A stretch of DNA of 64,000 bases from Bacteroidota bacterium (GCA_006226345.1 SBHD01000176.1:5036-69035), one strand, 5' to 3'. Counted from the stretch's first letter, positions 47,378 to 57,029 are shown. Notes: generated from the letters alone by a model not told the origin. Translations and numbers: made by a program.

Positions 47378-48529
47378 ATGACAACAATTCAACTATTTGG
47401 TATAGGCGATGCGAAGATGCATGAGCTGCGGAATAACCTTTCTCTGGCATTGGCTCATTTTCCGATACAGGGGAAAATTGAGGAAATATCGGAGTACAAT
47501 GAAATGCATTCCAATGGCATATCAACACCGCCTGCCATAATGCTTGATGGAGAGATCATTTGTGAGGGGAATGTACCGAGTGTAGAAGAACTTGAAAAAA
47601 TGCTGCGCAACCGGCATTTGCTGAGAAGCAAACTATACCGGTTGCGTCGCATTATGGTGCCGGTCGATCTGAGCCCTGCATCAGAGAACGCCTTGCTCTT
47701 TGCCTGCCAGATGGCTCACTTGTTTGATGCAAATGTGGAAGTGGTATATGTCATGGACAGTATCTTCGAAGGCGCTACGCCCTCTCCTTCAGGATTTTTA
47801 TCCAGTTACCGGAAAACAATGCAGGACGAGGTAGATGCCTTTGTTCGCAAGACGACGAAAGAAAGCGATGTGAAATGTCCGGGCGATTATGCCCGTCTGC
47901 CGGAAGAAGAAAAGCCGGGATCCAACACACCCTGGGTGCGTACCAATATTGCCTTTGGGTTCCCGGAAGAGGTGCTGAGCGAATTGTCAAATAAAGCTGA
48001 CCTGATGGTCATGGGTACTACCGGACGCGGCGATCTTACGCGTAAACTTTTCGGCTCGGTCAGTATCTCCGTATCCAAAAATGCGCAATGCCCGGTACTG
48101 TTGGTGCCACCCCAATCCAAATTTGCCGGCTTCACTAATATTCTGTACGCCAGTAATTTTGAATCGCTGGACCCTTTAACGATCAAACAAACCGTTACTT
48201 TTTCTCGGAAGTTTGAGGCGCAGCTTCATTTTGTGCATGTAGGCCAGCCAGGCGAAAAAGGGGTTGATCTGGAGAAAAAGCTATTCGAGATCAACTATGT
48301 CTATGCCGATCCGGAACTGCCGTTTCTCTTCACTAAGGTAGTGGGTAACAATGTTGTGGAAAGCCTGCATGATTATGCTTTCGAAAACCGCATCGACATG
48401 TTTGTTTTCGTAACGCATCACCGCTCGTTCTGGGAAGACCTGCTGCACCACAGCATTTCAAAAGACATGTTATTGCATACCAACACTCCGGTACTGGTCA
48501 TTCATGCCGAAGAGGATCTGAATACCTGA
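47378..48529 (+). CDS. thioredoxin-fold (Thioredoxin_3-like, CxxC lost) domain fused to tandem universal stress protein (UspA) domains
   Basis: N-terminus MTTIQLFGIGDAKMHEL...STPPAIMLDGEIICEGNVPSVEELEKML parallels small G-C-x-x-C thioredoxin-family proteins but reads GDAKMH. Two USP modules follow (RIMVPVDLSP...MGTTGRG...VLLVP and ILYASNF...PVLVIH). Confidence 0.75.
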   Translation: MTTIQLFGIGDAKMHELRNNLSLALAHFPIQGKIEEISEYNEMHSNGISTPPAIMLDGEIICEGNVPSVEELEKMLRNRHLLRSKLYRLRRIMVPVDLSPASENALLFACQMAHLFDANVEVVYVMDSIFEGATPSPSGFLSSYRKTMQDEVDAFVRKTTKESDVKCPGDYARLPEEEKPGSNTPWVRTNIAFGFPEEVLSELSNKADLMVMGTTGRGDLTRKLFGSVSISVSKNAQCPVLLVPPQSKFAGFTNILYASNFESLDPLTIKQTVTFSRKFEAQLHFVHVGQPGEKGVDLEKKLFEINYVYADPELPFLFTKVVGNNVVESLHDYAFENRIDMFVFVTHHRSFWEDLLHHSISKDMLLHTNTPVLVIHAEEDLNT

Positions 48530-48634
48530 TCTTTTGCGCGGCAGGGACACCATCCCGTAGAAGGATTTTTTGTCAATACCGTTAGCCATTCAACTTTTTC
48601 CGGCTTTCGGCGTTTGGAATGGCAAAAGAACTGC

Positions 48635-48823
48635 ATGTCTCATGAAACGGACCCTCTGGATAGCAATCCGGTCCTGATCGAAGGTGTCGACTATTATCTG
48701 GAAAAAGGATATATGGTCTTTACGGCGCATTTTCTGTTTAAACGCGGGAAATGCTGCGGTAGTGGCTGCCGGCACTGTCCATACCGCACAAAGAAGAAGG
48801 GAACAGCCAGTAATAAATCCTAG
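48635..48823 (+). CDS. small Cys-rich protein (DUF5522-like)
   Basis: GVDYYLEKGYMVFTAHFLFKRGKCCGSGCRHCPY. Start trimmed to MSHETDPL. Family name is from memory. Confidence 0.6.
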   Translation: MSHETDPLDSNPVLIEGVDYYLEKGYMVFTAHFLFKRGKCCGSGCRHCPYRTKKKGTASNKS

Positions 48824-48837
48824 TGTGATCCGTATTT

Positions 48838-50262
48838 TTACCTGGCCCACTTCTCAATACGAACCACACTTTTGGGATATCCATCCATTTTTAGTTCGCG
48901 TTTTTCGATAGAACTTAGTAGGTCCGGGCGATGCACCTTTTCCGGAGGCACATGTTTCAGCTCGGGACACCAGAGCCGCACATAGTCCCCTTGTGGATCA
49001 TAGTTGCGGGCCTGTGTTAGGATATTAAAATAGCGGTCTTCCCGGGCGTCGCTGCCAATGCCGGCTACATAGTTCCAGTTCCCCCAGTTACTGGTCGGAT
49101 CATAATCGAGTAATAACGACTCAAAATATTCTGCACCGATCTGCCAATTCACTTTCAGGTCTTTTATGAGAAAGGATGCTGTGTTTTGGCGTCCCCGGTT
49201 GCTCATCCAGCCGGTGGCGTTCAGTTCCCGCATATTAGCATCGATGAAGGGCACCCCTGTCCGGCCTTCGGCCCAAACCCGGAATTGCTCCAGGTTGTTT
49301 TTCAGGTGGCGCAGGTTTTTTTTCTGTGGACCGGATCGTAGAAAAATTCGGTTGCCATATTTTTTCCCCATCAAACGGAAGAAATCACGCCACAGCAGTT
49401 CAAAGATCATCCAGTAAGTGCTCTCGTTACTGACGCGTTCACGCTCATATCGCCTGATCTCATAATAAATGAACTTGGGTGACAGGCAGCCGGCAGAAAG
49501 CCAGGGTGAAAATTTGGATGAATAATCGCTTCCGATCATGCCATTACGCGTTTCCTTGTAGGTTGCAATGGCGTTGGACTCCCAGAGATAATGTCGCAGG
49601 CGCATCAAACCTTCGGTCTCGCCACCCTTAAAGGGCAGCGCGATCCGGGGGTCCGACTCAAAAGGGGCATGTCCGAAATCTTTAAGTTCGGGTAGCGCCC
49701 CCGCGTCTAGACCCGCCGGCAAAGGGGGCAGTGCTGTCGGTGACGGAAACGGCGGACGGACAGGAGTGATATTTTCGTTTTCTTTACGGAACTGTGTAAA
49801 GGTATCCGGTGTATGTTGCACCGGTACCGGAAGGTCCTGTGTATGGAACAACATTTTACCTCTTGTATAAAGCAGTTCAACGCCAATCCCCCAGAGTTTT
49901 TGCTCCAGCGCATCCTGAACGGCACTTTCTTCCTGGGTGCGTTCGCGGTTGCATAATACCCAGGATGCTTTGATCTGTTGCGCCAGTTCACTAAGGATAT
50001 GCTCTGGCTTGCCTGTCCTTACGATCAGTTCAGATCCGATATCCCGCAGGTTTTGACGCAGGTTTTCCACACTTTCCAGAATGAACCGAGCCCTGAATTT
50101 TCCTGTTTTAGGAAAGCCAAACCGTGTTTTCCCCAAAAAGACCCGTTCGTCAAATATAAAGACCGGTACGATCTCATCTGCCATTCGCATGCCCGTTACC
50201 AGGGCCTCGTTGTCGTGCAGGCGCAGATCTTGTCGGAACCAAATAATTGCGCGTCGTTTCAT
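48838..50262 (-). CDS. cryptochrome/photolyase family protein, DASH-type
   Basis: N-terminus MKRRAIIWFRQDLRLHDNEAL. FAD-binding C-terminal half (WRDFF, FIDANMREL..TGWMSNRGRQN, DYDPTSNWGNWNY). Confidence 0.85.
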   Translation of the reverse strand: MKRRAIIWFRQDLRLHDNEALVTGMRMADEIVPVFIFDERVFLGKTRFGFPKTGKFRARFILESVENLRQNLRDIGSELIVRTGKPEHILSELAQQIKASWVLCNRERTQEESAVQDALEQKLWGIGVELLYTRGKMLFHTQDLPVPVQHTPDTFTQFRKENENITPVRPPFPSPTALPPLPAGLDAGALPELKDFGHAPFESDPRIALPFKGGETEGLMRLRHYLWESNAIATYKETRNGMIGSDYSSKFSPWLSAGCLSPKFIYYEIRRYERERVSNESTYWMIFELLWRDFFRLMGKKYGNRIFLRSGPQKKNLRHLKNNLEQFRVWAEGRTGVPFIDANMRELNATGWMSNRGRQNTASFLIKDLKVNWQIGAEYFESLLLDYDPTSNWGNWNYVAGIGSDAREDRYFNILTQARNYDPQGDYVRLWCPELKHVPPEKVHRPDLLSSIEKRELKMDGYPKSVVRIEKWAR

Positions 50263-50525
50263 ATTACTGCGGCGGGTGGCAAGTTGTGATAAATGTGCCG
50301 GGGGATAGTCCCATCCGGTACAAAGCACTGCTCAGGTAAAAGTCAGGTTATAAACTAAAAAAAGTGCTATTTGTTTGGCGGACGATTTGTTTTTGATCTT
50401 AATGATAGCCGTCGCGAAGATAACAGGATTCAGATACGTCTGAACGGACCTTCCCGAGCCATGTTTTTCTTATTTGGGAAATACCTTTAAAGGCAAATCA
50501 ATTACTTAATTGGAAATCAACCATT

Positions 50526-51476
50526 ATGCTTAAAATTCCTAGAACCATTTTTACCCGGCCACTGGACCAGGAACTGGGTTTTGGCAAGAACGTGACCACC
50601 GTGGGGCGGATGATGAATCCAGATGGAACCTTCAACGTGGAGCGGCAGTATCTGAACTGGTGGGACAATACCTATTTTCACCTGGTGACCATGTCCTGGA
50701 AATATTTTTTTCTCCTGGTTTTTATCTCCTATCTGGTGATCAACCTGCTTTTTGCCCTTCTGTATATGGTGGCAGGCATGGATCAGTTTTCGGGTTTGCA
50801 GGAACAGGATTTCTGGTCGAATCTTTCCTTTGCCTTTTATTTCAGTACCCAAACATTGACTACAGTTGGATACGGCTATATCAGCCCGACAGGTCACCTG
50901 GCGTCCACTCTGGCTTCCCTGGAGTCTTTTGTCGGCCTCTTGGCATTTGCTTTGATCTCCGGTCTGCTGTACGGACGTTTTTCCAGGCCAACTGCCAAGA
51001 TCGTATTCAGCGATAACATGTTGGTTTCCCCTTACCGGGAAGGAATGGGCTTGATGTTCCGGATGGGAAACGCACGAAAAAGTGAACTGATCGAGACGGA
51101 GGTGGAAATGATACTGGCAATGAATCAACAGGAAGCGGAAGGTGCCACGATACGTAAATTCTATGGCCTGAAACTTGAAATAGCCAAGATATCCTTCTTC
51201 TCCCTGTCCTGGACGGTCGTACATGATCTTTCGAAGGAGAGTCCGTTGTGGGGCCTCACAAAAGCCGACCTGGAAGACGCCAATGCCGAAGTGCTGGTGC
51301 TGGTTAAAGGAACTGACGAGGCGAATCAACAGATCGTACATGCCCGGCGTTCCTATGTGGCGGAGGAAATGGTCTGGAATGCCCGTTTTTCACCAATAAT
51401 CAGCCGCAAATCCAATGGGGTGCCGCATGTACTGATGCGTCAGATCGGTGCGTTTCGGTTGTTGGAACAGGTTTAG
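50526..51476 (+). CDS. inward-rectifier-type potassium channel (KirBac-like)
   Basis: Two TM helices flank a pore helix with selectivity filter TLTTVGYGY, followed by a cytoplasmic Ig-like C-terminal domain. Confidence 0.85.
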   Translation: MLKIPRTIFTRPLDQELGFGKNVTTVGRMMNPDGTFNVERQYLNWWDNTYFHLVTMSWKYFFLLVFISYLVINLLFALLYMVAGMDQFSGLQEQDFWSNLSFAFYFSTQTLTTVGYGYISPTGHLASTLASLESFVGLLAFALISGLLYGRFSRPTAKIVFSDNMLVSPYREGMGLMFRMGNARKSELIETEVEMILAMNQQEAEGATIRKFYGLKLEIAKISFFSLSWTVVHDLSKESPLWGLTKADLEDANAEVLVLVKGTDEANQQIVHARRSYVAEEMVWNARFSPIISRKSNGVPHVLMRQIGAFRLLEQV

Positions 51477-52201
51477 CCCCCGGTTACCTTAAGCAGATCC
51501 TCGGGCGTGTCAATGCCAATGGTTTCCAGTTCTGTGATGCCTACAGCGATCCGGAAACCGTTTTCCAGCCACCGTAGCTGTTCCAGGGATTCGGCCATCT
51601 CCAAGGGCGAGGGCGACAAGCCGGCCAGTTGGAGCAAGGTGTCGCGCCGGTAGGCATACATACCTATGTGCTTGTAAAAATCGTGCGACTTCAGCCATTC
51701 TCCCGGTTTTTTATTCCGCACAAACGGGATCGCTTGCCGGCTGAAATAAAGGGCTCCGGACTTGCCAAACACCATTTTTACTATATTCGGATCATTCAGA
51801 ATGGCCGGGTCATTGATCTTCTTGGCCAACGTGGCAACAGAGCAATCAGACTGTTGTGACAGGGTTTCGGTCAGCAAATTGATCTGCTCGGCTTGGATAA
51901 ATGGCTCGTCTCCCTGGATGTTGACCACAATAGTGGCATCGGGGAAGTCCTGCGCCACTTCAGCACAACGGTCAGTGCCACTTGGATGTGCAGCGCTGGT
52001 CATCCGGACATTCCCTCCGAAAGAACGGACATGGTCGTAAATGCGCGCATCATCCGTGGCTACCACTACATGATCGATGCGGGAAGCACGCTGGACCTGT
52101 TCATACACGCATTGTACCATGGTTTTTCCTTTGATCTCCACAAGCGGTTTGCCGGGAAAGCGCGTGGAGGCGAACCGAGCCGGAATAATGCCTAGAACCA
52201 T
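51473..52201 (-). CDS. kdsB: 3-deoxy-manno-octulosonate cytidylyltransferase
   Basis: GIIPARFASTRFPGKPL, NIQGDEP and the overall 242-aa layout. Confidence 0.9.
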   Translation of the reverse strand: MVLGIIPARFASTRFPGKPLVEIKGKTMVQCVYEQVQRASRIDHVVVATDDARIYDHVRSFGGNVRMTSAAHPSGTDRCAEVAQDFPDATIVVNIQGDEPFIQAEQINLLTETLSQQSDCSVATLAKKINDPAILNDPNIVKMVFGKSGALYFSRQAIPFVRNKKPGEWLKSHDFYKHIGMYAYRRDTLLQLAGLSPSPLEMAESLEQLRWLENGFRIAVGITELETIGIDTPEDLLKVTGG

Positions 52202-52240
52202 ACAGTCTATGTGATTTTAGTGGTTTTCGTAGCGGAATCG

Positions 52241-52248
52241 TATTTTTG
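52241..52248 (+). promoter_or_regulatory. Bacteroidota -7 promoter box TATTTTTG
   Basis: TAnnTTTG match 24 nt upstream of the LysM gene ATG. Confidence 0.4.
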
Positions 52249-52271
52249 CAAGAACATCTTTGAGAAATATC

Positions 52272-53126
52272 ATGCGCACTTTATTGCCCCTATTGCTCCT
52301 TTGGGTTTATATAAGCCCGCACGATCTTTTTGCCCAGCCTGTGGCAAATATCCGCCTGCTTCAACCTTCAGACACGATACTGCTCACTGTTGAACAGGAG
52401 ATCAAAACCATCCATCATTTGGTAAAACCCGGCCAAACACTGTACTCTGTTGCACGTTTTTACGGGCTAAGTCTGGAAGAACTATATGCGCTGCACCCCG
52501 AGTTTCAGATAAGCCCTGTGTTGCAAGCCGGCACTTTGATCAGCATACCTATTCCGAACCGGGCCATTTTGCGTTACAAAGTTAAAGATTTTAAGCGGTC
52601 GGAAGTCGCCCCGATCTATTATGTCGTTCAGCATGGGGATAACTTGTTCCAGATCAGTAAGCGCTATTTTAACATGCCGGTGGACTCGATCATGAAGCGC
52701 AATCAGTTGAAGACCGCGCAGATACAACCAGGCCAGTTATTACACATGGGTTGGATGGGGCTGGACGGGATCCCGGCAGACTGGCGGAACGGAATGCCAC
52801 AACCTGGCACGGTCGGATCATACCGTAACCGGTATGCGACCGAAAAGAAAGGCCGCAAAGAAGTCGTATCGCAGGGTGTTTGCTTTTGGCAGCGCGATAG
52901 TAACGAGAAGGGTGATTTGTATGCCCTGCACCGGGAAGCGGCAATCGGTACGGTCATGGCCGTTACGAATCCAATGAGCCGTAAAACAGTATATGCCAAA
53001 GTGATCGGCAGGATCCCGGCAGGTCATGAACCGAATATCGAAGTCGTATTGTCTGCTGCTGCTGCCCGGCAGATCGGGGCCCGCGACCCGCGTTTTTTTG
53101 TAAAAGTGCGCTTTTTTCGCGATTAG
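52272..53126 (+). CDS. secreted LysM-domain peptidoglycan-binding protein (2 LysM plus a possible RlpA-like C-terminal barrel)
   Basis: Signal peptide MRTLLPLLLLWVY. LysM repeats HLVKPGQTLYSVARFYGLSLEELYALHP and YVVQHGDNLFQISKRYFNMPVDSIMKRN. The C-terminal domain assignment is tentative. Confidence 0.8.
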   Translation: MRTLLPLLLLWVYISPHDLFAQPVANIRLLQPSDTILLTVEQEIKTIHHLVKPGQTLYSVARFYGLSLEELYALHPEFQISPVLQAGTLISIPIPNRAILRYKVKDFKRSEVAPIYYVVQHGDNLFQISKRYFNMPVDSIMKRNQLKTAQIQPGQLLHMGWMGLDGIPADWRNGMPQPGTVGSYRNRYATEKKGRKEVVSQGVCFWQRDSNEKGDLYALHREAAIGTVMAVTNPMSRKTVYAKVIGRIPAGHEPNIEVVLSAAAARQIGARDPRFFVKVRFFRD

Positions 53127-53228
53127 TAGCGCCTCTGGTTTTGATGCCCGGACGGCAGCATCCGGCGCTATTACAGTAAAAATTTATTAAACAGGCGCCC
53201 GGGGCTGGTGCATGCCGGGAGAGGATAG

Positions 53229-53236
53229 TATTTTTG
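53229..53236 (+). promoter_or_regulatory. Bacteroidota -7 promoter box TATTTTTG
   Basis: TAnnTTTG match 44 nt upstream of the lipoprotein ATG (53280). Confidence 0.4.
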
Positions 53237-53279
53237 CGCCCCCGCGGTTCCATTGCGGTGGCCAAACATATACAGCATA

Positions 53280-54110
53280 ATGAAGCACATCCTCTTTTTT
53301 TTCAGCGCAACTCTTCTCCTGTTTTCAGCCTGTGGCGACGATCCGGCCAATGCCGGCGGCCAGCAAAATAATGGCAACTCGACCAATGCCAGTCCGATGC
53401 TGTTGTCCGGACACTGGGTGGCAATAGATTTTTGCAGCCGTGCCAACCAGTATGGTTCGGTGCTGGATGCTATGAATCAGGCGCATTTACCTTATGCCTA
53501 TTCCATTTCTTTTGATCCCGCCAATCCGGATAGTGTGGTGTGCCATAACGGGATTGAATCCTGGACCTGCCTGGTAAAATACAATGTTGACACGCTGGAG
53601 ATTGTAAATGCACGGGACGACAAATCTGTTTTCCTGCTGTACAATTCCCAGGGCGAAAAAGACATCACCATGTTTGATCCGACGCAAGGGCGGGTTCGTA
53701 TGGACCGGTTCATTAAGTCGGGTGCCAATACCCGTGACGGATATTCAGCCTTTACTACTGCCCTGAATCACAACCTTTTCGGTGGGATATTCCGCCAGAT
53801 AGGTAAGGGGGCAACTGCCGATACGATCCAGTTCACGCCAGGCGGCTTTATTATGAAATGGGCTCCGTTCGACCGGTATAATGTCTGTACCTCCGGAAGT
53901 TGCTTTGTATGTGGTAACGATATTGATGTACTTACTGTTTCCAAGTACCGGAAAGAGGGCTCGGAACAGATCTATGGGTTCAGGTTCAATGGAACCAATG
54001 ACACTCTTTCGTTTTTCAACCTGGTACCTCCTCCTGCTTCCAGTCCGGAGGGCGCTGCGTACTCGATCGGCCGGGTGGCTTATCAGTTTGTGCGCATGTC
54101 GGGACAATAA
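53280..54110 (+). CDS. hypothetical lipoprotein
   Basis: Start trimmed to MKHILFFFSATLLLFSACGDD (lipobox FSAC). No family recognised. Confidence 0.65.
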   Translation: MKHILFFFSATLLLFSACGDDPANAGGQQNNGNSTNASPMLLSGHWVAIDFCSRANQYGSVLDAMNQAHLPYAYSISFDPANPDSVVCHNGIESWTCLVKYNVDTLEIVNARDDKSVFLLYNSQGEKDITMFDPTQGRVRMDRFIKSGANTRDGYSAFTTALNHNLFGGIFRQIGKGATADTIQFTPGGFIMKWAPFDRYNVCTSGSCFVCGNDIDVLTVSKYRKEGSEQIYGFRFNGTNDTLSFFNLVPPPASSPEGAAYSIGRVAYQFVRMSGQ

Positions 54111-54121
54111 CTCATGATATT

Positions 54122-54637
54122 ATGGCAAGTGCGCTAAAGAATCTTTCTGCATATGATGAAAGCACCATTCCGGATGCCGGTGACATGACTTTTGGTATCG
54201 TTGTTTCGGAATGGAATGCTGAAGTTACCCATGCTTTATACCAGGGGTGCTACGATACATTGGTAAAACACGGTGCCAGGCCGGACAAAATCTTTACGGT
54301 ACAGGTACCCGGGGCTTTTGAACTACCTGCCGGTGCCCGTATCCTGAACGGACAACAGAAACTGGATGTCTGCATTTGCCTGGGCTGTGTGATAAAAGGA
54401 GCGACCAACCATAATGAATATATTAACCAGGCAGTCGCGCAGGGGCTTACCAACCTGAGCATTGCATCGGGAAAGCCCTTTATTTTCGGAGTATTGACTC
54501 CGAACACAGAGGAGCAGGCCATGGAGCGTGCTGGGGGGAAACATGGAAATAAGGGGGTGGAAGCTGCTGTGACGGCTATCCGGATGGCGGCCCTGAAGCG
54601 TTCAACTCCGGAGGGAACCCGGAAAATTGGATTCTGA
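54122..54637 (+). CDS. ribH: 6,7-dimethyl-8-ribityllumazine synthase
   Basis: FGIVVSEWNAEVT, VPGAFELP and CLGCVIKGATNHNEY. Confidence 0.92.
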   Translation: MASALKNLSAYDESTIPDAGDMTFGIVVSEWNAEVTHALYQGCYDTLVKHGARPDKIFTVQVPGAFELPAGARILNGQQKLDVCICLGCVIKGATNHNEYINQAVAQGLTNLSIASGKPFIFGVLTPNTEEQAMERAGGKHGNKGVEAAVTAIRMAALKRSTPEGTRKIGF

Positions 54638-54690
54638 CAGATTCCGGGTTACCGTTAGGTCATTTGGCCCTATCGAATGAAATTACACGT

Positions 54691-55545
54691 ATGAAACTTA
54701 CACCTGTACATACCGGCTTTTTAAAACTGGACGGTGGCGCCATGTTCGGGGTGGTTCCCAAGCGTATGTGGGAACGCCTGAACCCGCCAGATGCTAACAA
54801 TATGTGCACCTGGGCGCTGCGTACACTGTTGGTGGAAACAGGCGACCGCAAGATCCTGATCGATACCGGAATTGGAAACAAACAGGATGACCGCTTCAGG
54901 AGTCATTTTGAACCACATGGCGAACAGAGTCTCTTTGGCTCGCTTGCCGATGCCGGTGTTTCCCGGGAAGCGATCACCGATGTGTTTTTAACCCATTTAC
55001 ATTTCGATCATTGTGGCGGAGCGTTGTGGCTTGACGAGAAAACCGGAATCGTAGAGCCAGCTTTTCCGAATGCCACTTACTGGTCCAATGAGCCCCACTT
55101 TCGCTGGGCATCAGCCCCCAATGCACGGGAAAAGGCCTCTTTTCTGGCGGAGAACTTCCAGCCGCTACTGGAAATGGGCAAGATGAAGTTCGTGGACGTT
55201 CGTCAGGATATTGAATTCGCTCCAGGATTCCGGGTGCGCTTTTTCTATGGTCATACAGAAGCTATGATGGTACCGGTACTCGACACCGGTAGTCATACCG
55301 TTTGGTACTGTGCAGATGTGCTCCCCTCCCAATGGCATATCGGTATGCCGTATGTGATGGCTTACGATGTTCGGCCCTTGGTGACACTGGATGAAAAAGC
55401 GGCGATCCTGCAGCAGGTACTGGAAGAAAAGCACTTGCTATTTTTCGAGCATGACCCTGTAATTGAGGCCGGAATGCTGACTACCGATTCCAAAGGTCGC
55501 ATTGTACTGGGGGAAAGCGGGAATCTGGCAGACTTACAGAAATAA
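54691..55545 (+). CDS. MBL-fold metallo-hydrolase
   Basis: HxHxDH motif THLHFDHCGG. Start trimmed to MKLTPVHTG. Confidence 0.85.
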   Translation: MKLTPVHTGFLKLDGGAMFGVVPKRMWERLNPPDANNMCTWALRTLLVETGDRKILIDTGIGNKQDDRFRSHFEPHGEQSLFGSLADAGVSREAITDVFLTHLHFDHCGGALWLDEKTGIVEPAFPNATYWSNEPHFRWASAPNAREKASFLAENFQPLLEMGKMKFVDVRQDIEFAPGFRVRFFYGHTEAMMVPVLDTGSHTVWYCADVLPSQWHIGMPYVMAYDVRPLVTLDEKAAILQQVLEEKHLLFFEHDPVIEAGMLTTDSKGRIVLGESGNLADLQK

Positions 55546-55547
55546 GG

Positions 55548-55937
55548 CTATTCAGTTCCAGTACGTGCCAGAAAAAGCACCTGTTCCAGCGTATCCCGCA
55601 TCATTTTTATCTTGAGCGTGTCGGCGGACAGGTACAACACCTTGACCGTGTGCTCCTGGGGCGGGGTAGTGGTGGTATCGGTCAGAAACAAATAGGAGGC
55701 GGAGGTCCGATAAGTGCCAGACTCCCGATAAAACCCCTGGCTGTAAAAACAGTACCCGCCGTCGGGCATAAATTGCAGTGATACTGAATCGAGCACCGTA
55801 TTTACCTGATGCCCGTTTTCGTAAAAGGCGACTGCTTGCCAGTTGCCCGGCAGTTGCTCTTTGTCCAGGAAGCAACCCTGTATCCACCCGGCAATCAAAG
55901 CGAACAGGAAGCACGTAGTTAAATATTGCTTTTTCAT
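55548..55937 (-). CDS. small lipoprotein, lipocalin-like
   Basis: Start trimmed to MKKQYLTTCFLFALIAGWIQGC (lipobox). The W..V.F..NG...L.F..DG...G.Y......L.L pattern resembles lipocalin-like domains. Confidence 0.6.
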   Translation of the reverse strand: MKKQYLTTCFLFALIAGWIQGCFLDKEQLPGNWQAVAFYENGHQVNTVLDSVSLQFMPDGGYCFYSQGFYRESGTYRTSASYLFLTDTTTTPPQEHTVKVLYLSADTLKIKMMRDTLEQVLFLARTGTE

Positions 55938-56128
55938 ATTGGCGGGCAAAAATCGGAAAGCACCGGATACCTGCCAAATCAGGGCCGATAAATAAAAAAG
56001 GAACAAACGTAAATCAGCAATAAGTCCTAATCCCGGGCATAGGTGCTTTGGCATAATTTTCGGGAATGCTAAGCGTTTTACCCTTGCTCCATACACATAA
56101 AACAGACCGAAAAACAACTTTTGTTACC

Positions 56129-56992
56129 ATGCCAAAAATGCCTGTACTGCTTGCCGGTTTTCTATTTTTTTTGTCCTCCTGTGTTTCTTCCAAAATACAC
56201 CGCGCCGAAGTTTCAGCGCGGGAGCAGTGTGAGGCCCGGGAAAAGGTGCTCGTCCAGGAAGGAGTAACCCGGAAAGAGGAAGCTGCTGCTCTGATTAAAC
56301 AGGTGGCAGATCTCAACCGCACGCTTGGAACCCAGGATGCCGAGATCCGGACGCTCAAGCAGGAATTGACCGTTCGGACCCAGCAAATGGGCGAATCTTC
56401 GGTCAAGTTAATCAATGAAAAAACAGAACTGGAGAAGGACCTTGCCGGACTGCAGGCCACACTGGTGCAGAAAGAAGCCTTGCTGGAACGTATTGCTGCC
56501 ACCCAGAAAAGCCGCAATGATATTGTTTCCGAACTCAGACTTGTGTTGAACAAATCATATGGCTCACGAAAGGATGTGGAGGTCGAAATTAAAGATGAAA
56601 CCGTACTGATTACCCTGCCGGATAAGGTCTTGTATGATAAAAACGGGCAGGCGATCAGTGCCACAGGGCGCGATCTGCTCGAGCCACTTGCAAACCTGCT
56701 GAGCAGCAGGCCGGAACTAGATGTGGAAGTCCGGGCCTATACGGATAATACCCTGCCCAAGGTTGCTAAAAACCTGGATGATACCTGGGAGTGGAGCCTG
56801 GTACGTGCCACTAATTTGGTGCGCTTACTGATCCGGGAGTTTAATATAAATGCCAATCAGTTAACTCCGGTAGGGAAAGGTGAATTTTACCCTGTTACAT
56901 CCAATGCCACCGCGGAGGGCCGGGAGAAAAACCGCCGGACTGTCTTGGCGATCACACCTACCTTGCCACCCATGCCGGATGTCCGGAAATAA
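56129..56992 (+). CDS. OmpA/MotB-family lipoprotein with coiled-coil N-terminal half
   Basis: Lipobox FLSSC and a coiled-coil segment. OmpA-like C-terminus (VRAYTDN...LVRATNLVRLL...GREKNRRTVLAI). Confidence 0.8.
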   Translation: MPKMPVLLAGFLFFLSSCVSSKIHRAEVSAREQCEAREKVLVQEGVTRKEEAAALIKQVADLNRTLGTQDAEIRTLKQELTVRTQQMGESSVKLINEKTELEKDLAGLQATLVQKEALLERIAATQKSRNDIVSELRLVLNKSYGSRKDVEVEIKDETVLITLPDKVLYDKNGQAISATGRDLLEPLANLLSSRPELDVEVRAYTDNTLPKVAKNLDDTWEWSLVRATNLVRLLIREFNINANQLTPVGKGEFYPVTSNATAEGREKNRRTVLAITPTLPPMPDVRK

Positions 56993-57029
56993 CCGGATGC
57001 AATGTATTTGCCCAATCACCTGCATCCGG
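56993..57029 (+). terminator. hairpin immediately after the OmpA-family gene stop
   Basis: 9-bp stem CCGGATGCA...TGCATCCGG with a 19-nt loop. The trailing T-run is weak (TTACAG). Confidence 0.35.

Noticed and set aside
50517-51341. 274-aa minus-strand ORF
   Set aside because: It is antisense to the Kir-type channel gene, which carries an unambiguous TVGYG selectivity filter, and its composition is His/Gln-rich.
56014-56664. 216-aa minus-strand ORF
   Set aside because: It is a Ser-rich antisense shadow of the OmpA-family gene and overlaps the lipocalin-like gene's upstream region.
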